Position numbers and translations under genes: made by a program. A DNA stretch of 64,000 nt from Camelus dromedarius. Taxonomy: Eukaryota. The notes beneath the pieces are model-generated. The model worked only from the letters and a program-made list of their open reading frames with translations. It was not told the DNA's origin and searched no databases. The number at the start of each line of letters is the position of its first letter. Position 1 is the first letter of the stretch. Where the stretch lies: positions 24,738,001 through 24,802,000 of the forward strand of contig NC_087453.1 of the NCBI RefSeq assembly GCF_036321535.1. The letters run 5' to 3'. This document shows, in pieces, positions 37,401 through 50,619 of the stretch.

Positions 37401-40400
37401 AAGAGGGGGGTAGGACAGAGGCTGGGTCCTGGAAAATTCCACAGGAGGGAGGAGAGGATGTGACCCTGCACATTGGTCACTAGGAGGTCTGGCATGGCAG
37501 ACTGGGACTGATCCAGGGGCACACTAAACCAGTCCCCTGACCTGGGGGAGCCATAACAGCCCCACACAAGGGGAGAGAAGCCCAGTCTTGCTGGCATCCA
37601 GGCTCTAGAGGCACCTACATTGTCAGGCCAAGGCCTGTCACCATGGGATGGATGGATGCCTTTCCTGGCAGCCATATGGCCCCGCTGAGGTGATTTGCAT
37701 ACAGGTGGAAGGCCTGTGGGCAGGCGGGTGAGACCGTTGCCTTGGTAACGCCTCAGCCACCCTGTGACCTACCCCAGCTGTCTCTGTTGCTGCCATTCTC
37801 CAGGCCTCTTCCATTCAGGGCAGCCTTTAAAATCCCAGGCTGCCTCTCATCTCCCCCCTCCCTGATACCTGGGTCCCCGATAATCTGCATTCTTCCTACC
37901 TTCTCTTTCCCCTGGCTTGAGCCCTGGCCCCTCGGGCCTTGTGAACTGGGGACCTGATGCTGGGGGTGGGTGATGGGCTAAAAGGGAGGTGGGTTGCATG
38001 GGACCCTTTTCTCTCCTAGGTTTGAGCAGGCCATCCAGGCAGCCAGCCGAGTCATTCGAAAGTAAGTGCTCAGGCCTTCCTCACACAGGCTCCCCTGCCC
38101 TGTGTGGGTAGAGTAGGCTTTCCCATGGGGGTGCACAGGGCTCTGTGGTGGAGGGGACGCTGCATGCTGTCTGTCATGGGCTGACTCTCCAGCCCTGAGT
38201 GCCTCTATTTCCTTCTGCAGTGAGCAGTTTACCATCCGACGCTTCCAGTCCTTGCCGGTGAGTGCCCTCTGAGGCCCAACGGGAGGCTCAGGTCTGCTGG
38301 CCAGGAGGGGGGAGGGGCAAGAGGGGTCTAGGGTCAACTCTTAGGGTGGACTTGATGTGGTTGGGTGTCCCCAGTCTGGCTGCAGGAGCTGGGGTTTTGG
38401 AGGTAGACAGGTGAGCTGGGGGAGTTGGAGGAGCTATGGGAGAAGGGAGGCCTGGGCTGGTGCCAGAGGAAAGCAGCCTTTTGTACCTGCTGCCCTCCTG
38501 GCTCTCTAGGTGAGGCTTCTGGGTCACAGCCCTGTGCTACGGAACATCACCAACTCCCAAGTGCCTGGCACCTGGAGGAAGAGTGCGGCGTGTGTCCGAG
38601 CTGCCCACCGCTCTGAGGAGGACAAAGAGAATGTGCGTGTCCGGAAGGCCAGAGTGGGAGTGCTCCAGGGAGAGAAGGGGACTTGCTGCGGTGGTTCTCT
38701 GCCATTTGATGACACACCCTCCTTTGCCCCCTATACTGCCCACAGGATGGATTTGTCTTCAAGATGCCGGGAAAGCCCACCCATCCCAGCCACACTCATG
38801 TTCTGGCAGAGTGGGCCAGCCGCAGAGAAGCCTTTGCCCAGAGGCCAAGCTCAGCTCCCGACCTGATGGTATACCAGCAGCTGACCCAGGCAGGGCAGGC
38901 GTTCACACAGGACGGGTGCCTGTGAAGGCAGCCGGGGGGACTGGAGGCTGATCCTGAGCCCTGAGGCAGTGGGAACTTTTTCTCAGAAGGCTGGGGGTGG
39001 GGAACGTGAGGCCCCTGAGTAGCCTGTTCATTCGTTACCCACACAGTGTCTCACCCCTGAGCGGAAGATGGAAACAGAGGAACTGACTCCCCTGGCCCGA
39101 TGCCGCTTCTCCCTGACCCCCACTGAGAGGGCTGCCGAAGAAGATGATGGATTCGTGGATATCCTGGAGAGTGACTTAAAGGTAAACAGCCTTGCCCTGT
39201 CAAGCCCCCTACCTCTCCCTCCCTGGGATCTCCCAAAAGAGGAGAGCTCTGAGCTCCTGCAGCAAGACTATGACCTCATTCCAATGTCAGAAGAAGAATT
39301 GGAGGTAACTGAGTCACAGCCTTTCCTCTGGCCAATCAGAGAAGAGGAGGTGGCAGGTGCTGCAGTGAAGGGGCGATGGGCAGGGTGGAGGGAAGCCTGG
39401 CCCTCCTGCATGGCCACACTTCTCATGATTCTTTGTAAGCCCCAGCACTGAGTGGGGCCCTGTAGCTTCCTGGTTCTGGGGGTCTGCCCTATGTGGAGGT
39501 GTGAGCAGGGCCAGGGAGGGCTGCTGGCCTGGAGTTTGCTGAGAGAACTAGGCAGACTGTCCTTGAGAACACGGGGCTTTAGGGGTTGGATCTTTGCCTG
39601 GGAATTTGACCATGTCCTTGCTAATTTGGCCTCAGGAGGAAGATGTAGTCCCCCCAGGCATGGAGAGCCTTATTAGTGCCCCGCTGGTCAAGACCTCAGA
39701 AAAGGAAGAGGAGCAGGTGAGCTTCTGGGGTAGCCCCTCAGAACTTGGAGGGGTGGGCCCTACCCCCAGGTGGGATTTGGGTTGAAGGGCAGGGGCGGGG
39801 CACTCTGACCTGACACTGCTGTTCCCGCCAGGACCTCATCATGTACAGCAAGTGCCAGCGGCTCTTCCGCTCCCCGTCCATGCCCTGCACCGTGATCCGG
39901 CCCATCCTTAAGAGGCTGGAGCGCCCCCAGGACAGGGACCTGCCTGTACAGAACAAACGGAGGAGGAGCGTGACCCCTTCAGAGGAAGAGCAGCGGGAGG
40001 CTGAGGGGCCTGTGAGTGCCCTCCTCCGGGGATGGGGCTGGGCTGGACTGGGCTGGGTGGCAACCCTCCAAGGCCACCCTGCAAGCTCTTCTCAGCCGGG
40101 TTTGTGGCAGAGGGCAGGGTGCATGGAAGAGGGTACTAGTCAGACAGGGCACTGAGGGGCAGCCTCACCCCGATCCTGCCGCCGTCTGCCCCACAGAAAG
40201 CCCGTGTTCTCCGCTCTAAGTCCTTATGTCATGACGAGATCGAGAACATTCTGGACAGTGACCACCGAGAACTGATCGGGGATTACTCCAAGGTACCAGC
40301 AGTGAGCGGCCCCCTCAGGAGGCTCGACCCCTTACCAACTGTGGCCCCTGAGCCCAGCAGCTGCTTCAGTGACACCCTCTCTCCCCAGAGGCCCCCTGGC

Positions 40401-42571
40401 TTTGTCCTTTGCGTCTTTTCCTTTATTTTCATCTAGACTCCTGTCTCTGGCTCTCCTTGGTCTCCTGACTCCACCTCAAATCTGTCCAGGGCATCAATGG
40501 TATCTCAACCCTGGAAAACATTTCCAAACTGTAGTATCTAGCTTGGAGCCTCCTTGGGCTTCATCCTGGGGCTTGGCAAAGCATGGGGGCAGGAGGAAAG
40601 GGGGTTCATCTCTTCTGCTCCCCATCTTCATTTCCCCTTGAAGGCTATTCCCTGGGGATTGACCCTAGAGGTGCCTCTTGGTTGCTATGGGAACCAGAGC
40701 TGAAGTTGAAAGTCAAAGCATGTGTGGCCTTTGGGCTTGGGGAAAAAACTGCATCTTTTCCAGGTTCCCAGTCTTACCAATTTCACTTTGTTTCTCCTTT
40801 CTCTCTCCACTTCCCTTCAGGCCTTCCTCCTACAGACTGTGGATGGAAAGCACCAAGACCTCAAGTACATCTCACCAGAAACGGTATGCAGGGATGAGCT
40901 TTTTTTCTAGTGCATTTGGGACTTCTGTTTGCCTGTTAACTTTGCCTGGGGTCGGGCTGCCAGCACTGGGTTAGCAGCAGTGTTAGGGGCCAGTCCCTGC
41001 CTGCCAGCCTGACCTGTTGGAACCCTCCTCCGTGGCCTCCTACAGATGGTGGCCCTGCTGACAGGGAAGTTCAGCAACATCGTGGAGAGGTTTGTGATTG
41101 TGGACTGCAGATATCCTTACGAGTATGAAGGCGGGCACATCAAGGTGAGTCAGGGTGATGGGAGAGGCCCTGAAGACTCACCCAGTCGTACCCTTTCTCT
41201 GCCTGGAGGATGAATCGGTAGTAGGTGGGTGTACCTTCTTGTGGGGAAGGATTCTGCCCAGCAAGAGTCAGCGTCACTTGTCTGAAAGATGGGGACTGCA
41301 TAGGGGAGGGTCGACTGCCCAGGGCTGTGGCCTGACCTGCGGCTCCTCCGGCAGACTGCTGTGAACCTGCCTCTGGAACGTGACGCCGAGACCTTCCTGC
41401 TACAGAGCCCCATCACACCCTGCAGCCTGGACAAGAGAATCATCCTCATTTTCCACTGTGAATTCTCATCTGAGCGGGGGCCTCGCATGTGAGTCCCAGC
41501 TCCGCCCAGCCTGCTAGTACTTCTCCTGACCTTCCTTGGCCAAGCTGGTGGGTGCTGGAGTCAGCTGATGGCCAAGACGCCCGAGCCCAGCCCCAGCCCC
41601 TCCTCGGCCTTGGCCCCTGTCTCATCTGATGCCTTGGAGCAGACCTCATGCCACCGTCCTTCCCATCAGGCCTCACATCTATCCTCTGTTGCTGCTACCC
41701 CTGCAAAATCCAAGTCTCCAGCAGCATCCTTACAATCCAAGGGCCCTGTCCCAGTCCTCAGTGACACTGACCTTTCCAGTGTTCCACTGTCCTTTCCTCT
41801 CTTTACCTCACCAAGTCTTGCCCAGACTTCCTGAATGTATCTCCTGAATTTTGCCTGCCTCTCTCCTTTCTGCCTCCCCTTTCCCGGTTCAGGAGAAATG
41901 TCTCTGACGAAGATTGTGCAACTGTCTCCTAGAAACAGAGCCCCCTTGATTTGCTTCCTTCCTTCCTTCCATCTCCCCAACTGCTTCCGTACCCAGCTAG
42001 CCAGACTGAGCTCAGAGTGTTCTTGGGGCTGACATTCTTGCACAGAAGTCTTCTGCGGTTCCCCAAGGCCCTCAAAGGAGTCAGTGCAGGGAACAGGTCC
42101 CCTGATGGACACCCCGCTGCATGCCCAGCTCTCACCCCCACACCCCTGCTCATCCCAGGTGCCGTTTCATCAGGGAACGAGACAGGGCCTCCAACGACTA
42201 CCCCAGCCTCTACTACCCTGAGATGTATATCCTCAAAGGCGGCTACAAGGAATTCTTCCCACAGCACCCGGTACTATGGGTGGGGTGGCCGCAGCCTGCG
42301 TGGGAGGGTTGGACTAGAAGCAAAGGGCTCGGCCTGGCGGTAGCCCTTAAAGAAGGAGAAGGGAGGGGTGGGTCCCCCCACAAAGTTACCCATTTCCCCA
42401 GATTGATTGGCCCTTCCCACCCTGCCCTAGGCGTTCTGTGAGCCCCAGAACTACCGGCCCATGAACCACGAGGCCTTCAAGGACGAGCTGAAGGCCTTCC
42501 GCCTCAAGACGCGCAGCTGGGCTGGGGAGCGAAGCCGGCGGGAGCTCTGCAGCCGCCTGCAGGACCAGTGA
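34444..42571 (+). CDS. CDC25B: M-phase inducer phosphatase 2 (CDC25B, B3-type isoform), 574 aa
   Basis: 16 exons: 34444-34643, 35481-35587, 36197-36248, 38020-38061, 38221-38257, 38510-38632, 38746-38868, 39047-39181, 39636-39716, 39832-40011, 40197-40292, 40821-40883, 41046-41144, 41355-41488, 42159-42270, 42431-42571; total 1725 nt. Contains the KEN box, DDGFVD degron, RSPSMP 14-3-3 site, KRRR NLS and catalytic HCEFSSER. Confidence 0.98.
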
Positions 42572-43723
42572 ACCGCCAGCAACCATCCCACCCATCTTCC
42601 TTGCCTTGTGTGACCTGGGCACCAGCAGCCCAGTGGCTTGCAGGGCCGAGGGTCTGCTAGAGGCCCCAGGTGCTGTCCAGATGAAAGACGGTGATGGTGT
42701 CCCGTCCATCTGCTCCCGCCCTGACGCCTCTGTCTCACTCCAGTCATACTCCATATCCTGGTGACACCCCCACCCCCACCCCGGAAGAGCCCAGCCTGCT
42801 GACTTAGTGCAATTGGATTAAGTCTAGCTCAAAGGAAGTATTCTGTGTCCAGCAGGAGCCTTTTGTTTTTTTCCTTCCTTGTTTGGGTTAACTGTTTGTC
42901 TTCCTGTATCCAGAAAAGCCCCCCTTTTTTCTAGGGGCTTTGCTTGTATGTATGAGGCTGAGGGAGAGCGACAGCCCCCAAGATGGGCAGCAGCTGTGCT
43001 CCTGGCCCTAGGGGTCAGCGCTGCCCTGCCCCAGGCCATCTACAGCACTTCCAAGTGTGTCCTCATTGCTCCCCTCTCTCTTCCCCTCCCTCCTGTCCCT
43101 CCATGTGAACACATCCAGCACAGACATAAGCTCTTACTCTTTCCTGTTTCAATGTTATCTGCATGCTTGATTTGTCTGGTTTGCCCATCTCAGGATGTTC
43201 ACAGGCTGAGGTTTAGGCTCCCCTTGTCCAGCTAGGGCTAAGGGCTCAAACATTAATAACTCACTTGGCCCTGGCTTCTGTTGCTTCAGAAAAGGATGTT
43301 ATTATTTGCAGGGGCCTTTTGGATGAGGGCTAAGGCCTGTGTCCTGAGCCCACTGGAAGCCCAGCTCTCGATACTGTGAACCCCAGAGCCTGAAGCCATT
43401 TCAGAACTTGCTGCTGTCTTGTCATGGACGGACAGACGGATGAATGGAAGAGTGGTGGACGGATGGATGGCCAGGAATGCACACTGCCTTGTCCACAAAC
43501 TGCTGAGTGGAAACATTTCAGTGAGTGTGACAGCCTGCGGCCGGAGTATATGTGTGCCTGTCTGTGTGGACAAAAATCTCTACACTTTAAGGTTTGGAGA
43601 TATTCAAAAGGAACTGTCATGGAAGCAGCTAAACCAAGGACAACCATCTCTGGATTCTGAATCTCAGGAAGTGGGCAGGGCTTTTTGAAGGCCCTGATGA
43701 GTCATCTGCTAGGGTCTTGGTTC

Positions 43724-43729
43724 AATAAA
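43724..43729 (+). terminator. CDC25B: Polyadenylation signal of CDC25B
   Basis: AATAAA about 1.15 kb after the stop codon. Confidence 0.8.
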
Positions 43730-45659
43730 GCACTGAGCAAGTTGAGTAAGCAGCATCGTGTCCGGGGAGCCCTTGGCAGGACCATGGCAGCCCTGGTTGG
43801 TGGGAAAGGGCAGGGGCAGCTCAGCGGTAAGCAGCATCTCCGCAGCTCCCACCTCACCTGGCAGAATCAAATCTACCATACGTTCCTCTTCACATTTCCT
43901 TGTCTTTGCATCTGCTGTATTATCCTCAGGAATGCTCTCACCCATCTGTTATTCCTTTAAAATTCAATTTCAAATGTTATGTCCTCCCAGAAGCCTTCCT
44001 GCCCTATAAGGGAAATGACTTTCCTTTCAGTATCTCCAGCACCCAGTAGAGGTTCCACCACCTAGGTGGTGCCAAGTTCAAGATTAAGAGAGTGCGAAAG
44101 GGTCAATCTGGGAGAGCTTGTCCTAGGCCCAAACCTGGGTGTGTCAGGAAATCCCCTTGGAACACCACAGCGAATGACCCTCCCCACCCCCAGTATGAGC
44201 TCTCTGTGATTGTAGAGACTCCTTTGCAAATGTACAAATAAGATACTGCCTGATAGAGTGCACACACATGTCAGGTGTCATTAACTTCATCTACCTTGCA
44301 ATGATTATTTGCTCCATACTGCAGATCGAAAAATGGAGGCTATTTCTTACCAGAGCAACAAGAAGGGATTCAGTTTCTCAGGCTGAGTCTAAAGGACACT
44401 TACCCTGTCTCCAGCTTACCTCCTGCCCCCTCCCCCTGCCCCCAATTTCTTAAACCCCTTCAAGGCTTGGTCTTCACTCCTGGTCTGGACCCCTCTATAA
44501 GGGCACAACAGGTGGGAGGGGTGGGTGTCTTGAAGGGCTGGACATCTACTCAGGGAAGGAGGGGTCCTGAAGCTTCCAGAAGTCCCCTCCACTGAGCAGA
44601 AACCTGACACCAAGGCCAGCATTTATTCGGATGAGGGGATTTGCCCCCCAAAAGGGAAAATAGCTGGGCACACCCCTGAGAAAGAGGGAGAAGTAGGGGG
44701 ACAGAAGAGAGTGAGCCCTGGGCACAGTCATGCTGAGACTCGCTGGCACCACCCTGAGTGTTCAGGTGGTCTGGTTTTATGAGGAGCAAGGCAGATGCTC
44801 AAGAGAGGGCACTCACTTGCTCCAGGTCACACAGTAAATACAATCTGAGCAGGTATTTCAGCTGCCAGGACTCCTATGCCTCACCTCCCACCTCTGGTCC
44901 AGAGAGCCAAGGGGGTGGGGTTAGGCTGCCTGGCCTCTGCTCTGAGTCCTTTTACTCTGTCCTGGATCAGGCCACACAGGAAGGAGAAAACAATGGGTGC
45001 TATGTCCAACAATGCCCAGACTGTGTGCCAGGTACAGATAGCTGCGGCCATATCTGCCCCACTTAGAACGCACCATCAGAGTCACAGATGGGGTCTTGGG
45101 GCACTTAGTCGGCTCCATACACGTTTACCTGTTGTCTCCTAAGCACATCAGGTCGCTATGCAGCTCATTTTGCAGGAAAACCAAAATAGGAAGGCAGGGA
45201 GGGGGCCCTGGTCAAGCAAGGAGATGAAATTCCTTCCCAAAGAGAAGACCCTGCTGCTGACATCTACCTTGAGGGAAGCGTGGGCCTGGTCTCCATAGAG
45301 GGGACGCCAGGTCAGGACCCTCCTACTTCTGGGAAGTTCAGGGGATGGGGCAGAGGTGCCCCAACCCCCTTCTTACCAGGAAGAGAAGCTATAACTTTAT
45401 TCCTGAATGTTCATAAAGAGAAGTGTATCAGGCAAGGAAGCGGTTTAAAATCCTGGGCTGCTAGCCAGTTTTAGAGGTTGTTTTGCTTGGGCCAAGGCGG
45501 GGCAGGAATTCCCGCCGCCAGCCAGCGAGCCGCTGACTCACATGGTTAAAGAGCTGCATGGGGCTGGGCCCAGGTGGAGAGCCAGCCTGTGCAGGCCTGT
45601 CAGCAGGCACCACGGGGGCTGGGCATCGTCAGAACTACTCAATGGGTAACTTGCAATGA

Positions 45660-46350
45660 CAATTTAAAAAATGTTTTCTTTTTAAATTGGGGAATAATTG
45701 ACATTTCCTCAAAGGTACACATCTTAAGCACAGAGCATAGAGCATATATGTGAAGAAGCACTACACTCAAGATATCAACGTTTTTAGAATCTCTGGAGGC
45801 TCCCTCCCACTCCCTCCCAGTTACTTGCACTCTGGGTCATCGTTTTGTTGACCTCTATCACAATAGATTAGTTCTGCCTGTTCTTCAGCTTCATACAAAT
45901 GAAATCATACTCTTTTGTCCGGCTTTTTTCACTCAGCATAATGATTTTGAGATCTATCATGTTTCTTTTAGCAAGTTTATTCTTGTTCATTGCTGTGTAG
46001 TATTCCATTATATGGATACATTCTTAACTTGAATTATTCATTCTCTTTTTTCCTCTGGCTTTTTCAACTTTTTAAAAGTTAAGGTATCATTTATATGCAG
46101 TAAAATTCACCCTTTTGAGTACACAGTTCGGTGAGTTTTGACAAATGGACTGTTTGGTAAACTGCCACCACAATCAAGATATAGAACATTTTCATTCTGC
46201 CCTTGATGGATTATTTGGGACTATTTCAAATTGTGCTGGGAATATTCCAGGAGTAGAATTGCTCCAAGGTTGCTATACCAACTCACCTTCCCACCAGCAG
46301 TGTCTGAGAGTGCTGTTCCATATTTTCATCAAAATTAGTAAATTTTAATT
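45660..46350 (-). mobile_element. L1M (L1MB/MC-like) 3' end fragments
   Basis: ttttgtccggcttttttcactcagcataatgattttgagat and aaaattcacccttttgagtacacagttcggtgagttttgacaaat are antisense L1 3' hallmarks. Confidence 0.75.
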
Positions 46351-47439
46351 TCTCTTAACCAGAAAATGTGATTGTTATTTATAGCAAAGAACTCAGTTAA
46401 CTGTCAAATGCTGAACCTACATGCTGTGATGTGGCAGCAGCAGGGGTTCCAGCCTGTTTTCTGACTCTCCCATGATGAAATACTTATCTTAATTTTTTCT
46501 CAAGTCAGATTCTTTAAAAAGTTAAAGTAGTCACTTTGGAGTTAACTGTAGGTTACTGGCTTGAGTCCATCCCGTGACAACAGCTCATAACCATCTAGAA
46601 AACTTATCATTTCTAAAAAGCCTTTATCCCTGGAATTGAGCACACAGGCACCCTACTTTCCAGAGGCAATAAAACTGTTGGTGGTGCAGAAAGGAAGGCG
46701 TTTAGACAAGGAGTCTATAGCCACGTGGAATCTGGAAACAATCAGGGAGGGAAGTTGAGTAATGATGGAGAAGTTGCTGTTCTGCAGCCGTGAAAATCAC
46801 GCCTTGAGAGAATCTTAGATGATGTGAAGTTATTCAGTCTATTGTTCAGAGAAGACAGTTATGGGACAGAAGGTAAGATGCATTCCTACCCAAACCACAA
46901 GGGAGTTTGTGTGGGTGCCAAACAGGGCTGCTAGGATTGCCTCCGCCCCTGCCAGCCCACAGAAGCACACCCGCCCCTGGGAGGGGGGTGGTGACCGCAG
47001 CTGCCAGGCTCTGAGTCAGCTGGGCCTGGGGCAGCGGGAGGGGAAGGGGCCTCACGTGGCTGAGCCTGAGCTGCCTCGTGGGGCCTCCTGGCTCTCAGCC
47101 CTGCAGGAAGAGCTGCGTTTGAAAGGACGAATCACATGCTGCCTCGTCCCCCTGGAGCCTAGCCAAGACATGGGGCCTGGGGCTCCCTGGAGGAGAACTG
47201 GAGGAGGGTGCCTCCTGGGTTGAGACTAGGAGTACTGGGGAAGGAGGTCATTCAACCAGGGTGGGCAGGGAGCTCCCAAGGTTGGGTTATAGTGGGTAAG
47301 CAGGGCAGGGATTATGGCCTCTAGGAGCTGCAGGTGGGGGCTGACTCAGCCTCTGTGGTGACTCTGAGGGGACACACAAGGGGAGGGGATGAAACAGGCT
47401 GAAATTTATGGACATGAACACCTTGCTCAGCACACGTGT

Positions 47440-47620
47440 TAACATCAGGAAAGTTACTTGATCTCAGTGCCTCGATTTCCTCATCTGTAAAATGAGCGAT
47501 AGTAAAGTTCCCCCTTCAAAGGGTTGTGGATTGGATCAAATGAGTCAGTACATGTAAAGCACTAAGAACAGGGCCTGCCTGCATCAAGTGCCATACAAGA
47601 GTCTGCTATGGCTGTTATTA
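47440..47620 (+). mobile_element. MIR SINE
   Basis: cagtgcctcgatttcctcatctgtaaaatgag...catgtaaagcactaagaacagggcctg. Confidence 0.8.
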
Positions 47621-50619
47621 CTCAGAGCCAACGTGGGGATTACAAGACCAGACAGGTAAAAAGGATAAGCCTAAAATCAATTAAAAGAAAGGGGCCAGCC
47701 TGAGGGTTTTGGACGTGCCCCTGGGTGATGGGTTACAAGGGAAAGCCTAGCTGCTGTGTAGGAGACTGGTGGCTATGGATGGAGTTGGTGGAGACAGAGG
47801 AGGAGGAGGAGGCCGTCTGGTGGCTCACACAGGGGAAGTCACCCCTGAGATGGCCCAGGAAGGTGGAGGCAGATGGAAGAACAAGGCTTGCCCTACTTTG
47901 GTCCCTTTTAATCTAGGGCAACCATATCTATTCAATCTCAGTCCACCTGGGCTCTCAATAAAGCAGATTCTCTCTTCCTCTTAGATTCCTCCTCTACAAT
48001 TTGAGAAACAGCTTGACATCCTTATCAGGGAGTCATTCCAAAAATCCACTGCCTGGGGCTGGCAGATTCCACCTAATTGCCCTCCCCACATCCAGAAGTA
48101 GGGTGTGGCTCAACTGGTCTGGCCTGAGGTCTCCTAGTCTGTAAAGTTGATCAATAAAGGTTTCCAGCTGTCAAAAACCAATGGAGTGGGGAGAGCACTC
48201 CCTGTCCCTGGAGGCGTGTAAACAGGACCTGAGGGTTGATTCTGAGGTCCAGGCGAAGCAGCAGAGTTTCCAAATCCAGGCTGCCCATCAGTGATTCAGG
48301 ACCCTGCAGTGACACGGGCAGGTGGGGAATGGAATCTACTTTCCAAACTGAGTCAGTATCAGTCACCACATGCATCCCAGTGGTGGGCATCAAAGGGGAT
48401 CAGAAGAGGCAAACACCAGGCTGCCTGCCACTGTGGGGCAGGCCTCCCTCCAGACATAGGCAGAGGGCAGTGGAAAGTGGGAGTGTGGGGAAGGGGCTTC
48501 AGGCAAACCCCCAACCCAGAGGACCACTGAGAAGAGCAGAGCTGGGGAATGGGGTGATGGGAGCCTCTGTCCATAGCCAGAGGAGGAGGAGGGGAAACAA
48601 CAGCAAAGTGTGGTCCCGGGTCCCATCCAGGTAGGTGGGCCAGACCTCAAATCCAGCCAAGCTGCTTCCTTCAAGACTATTTTTTGTGTGTGTGAAGTGC
48701 TTTATTTGCTTTTACTTCTCTTCCTCCTCTCCTGTTTGTCTCTATCTCACACACCTCGAGTTTACCTGCAAACACATCTGCACCTACTGTGTGCCTGGCC
48801 CCACCACGATCTCTAGGGTGACCACTAGAAAAGCCTACCGCACACGAACATGCACATACCAGGAAGCCAATGCTCGGCCTGTCCATCCCCCTGCCTCCGA
48901 GCTGCCACCAGACCAGAAGGCCCCACCTGCTTTCTAGCACTGGCCAAGGCCTCTCTTACACCTTCTCCTCTCCTGCCTCTACATTAATGGTTGCCAGCAT
49001 TTATTGATTTATTGAGCGCCTACTATGTGTCAGGCTCTGCTCTGCCCACTTCACATGCTGCCTCACTTAACTGACTCGTTAGGGCAAACGTAACAGAAAC
49101 CCCACACAGTGGTTTAAACAAAATAAACATATGTGCTCCTCACTCAGCAAGAAGGCTCTGCAGCATCTCAGCGGACCCAGACTCCTTCCTGCCTCACTGT
49201 TATCAGCACATGGCTTTTGACCTCAGGGGCACAAGTTGGCTAAGGGATGCAAAGAGTTGGGACTGGCTCCTGAGTCTGCCCCACTTACCTGGACACTACA
49301 TCCATCTGGGTCCCCACTACTCCAGAGTAGCTCAAGCTAGCTTCTCGTTGCTGTCCCCTCCATGTACCTTACACAAGGCTGGCCTCTCCAGTAGCTTGAG
49401 ACCTGGAGGGGACTCACTGAGGAGTGGACAGAGGTCAGAATACTATGTTCTAGGCACTAGTTGGCCCCCAGCAACCAGAGCCCTCTGCCAGCTCTTTGCT
49501 GTATCAGCTGGCAGACATGAGTCCTGGTTGAGAGTGATAGCGACCAGGAACCAGGAAGTGAGCCAGTATCATCCCAGCCTTGTGGCTGAGGCCCCACACT
49601 GTCTCTGGGCCTACCCTTCCACCAACAAATATACTTGTACCTGTGGTTAAAATGCCCACATGCCCTGGCCAGCCCTCAGGCTACCTCCTCTAGCCTCTCT
49701 TCACTGCCCCTCTGCTCAGGCCCTATGGCCAGAGGGGCCCAGACTGCATACCCTTGGAGAGCCCTGGCCCTAGGGTCCCTTCCTGGGCTGCCCTGCCCTG
49801 CCCTTTACTACTTCAGTCACCAAGGAGTGTGTGTGGGTTAGCTCCAGGCCTGCCTTGTGCATGGCCATGGCCAGGGGGAGTGAAGCTGGGCACCACTGCC
49901 AGGGTACACCCCACGGGAGACATCACCACAGGCAGACCCTCACAATGGGTGTAAAGTGGGCAGGGAACGCTAACAGGAAGTCCAGGCAGGAAGGCGTCCC
50001 CTAAGTTTTGGTCTGAGCACATTTTGAACGGCAAATAAAAGGGAGCAAAGGGCAGCCCAGGAAGAGGGAACAGCCAGTGTGGAGCTCTGAGGCCCAGTAC
50101 ACATCTGGGGAGGGTGCAGCAGTTCACATGCCAAGAAATAAAAGATTATGTGTGGGGAGGTGGGGGTCCAGGGCACCCAGGCAGACAATGAGGCTGACAG
50201 GTCTGGGCCAAGCTTCCAACTGGGAAGCCTAGCAATGCCCCTGTCAGGCTTAAGGTCTAAGTTCTTTATACTTTCGATGGCCTCACTCAAAGAGGGGACA
50301 AGGAAGGAGCTTGTCAGAGGTGGGAATGTGAAAGGAAACACTGATCAGCCTACTAAACCCTATGGGGCTTCATTGGGGCCCAATAAAGTGACTGACCTGC
50401 CAGGGACACATAATTGGTGACACGATTAGGACCAGAGTTTTAATCGTTCCACTCCAAACAGAGTTCAAGTCTTAACTCACTGCGGGAACTCACAACACTG
50501 ACTTCCCCACACCCCTCAAGCTTCCTAAATATGCGTATTTCTCCTTGAGTCTTCATTCCCGGGGGTAAAGTTCAGCCTGGATGTTAACAGGAGCCCCCAT
50601 GATTCCCACGCATATTGGC

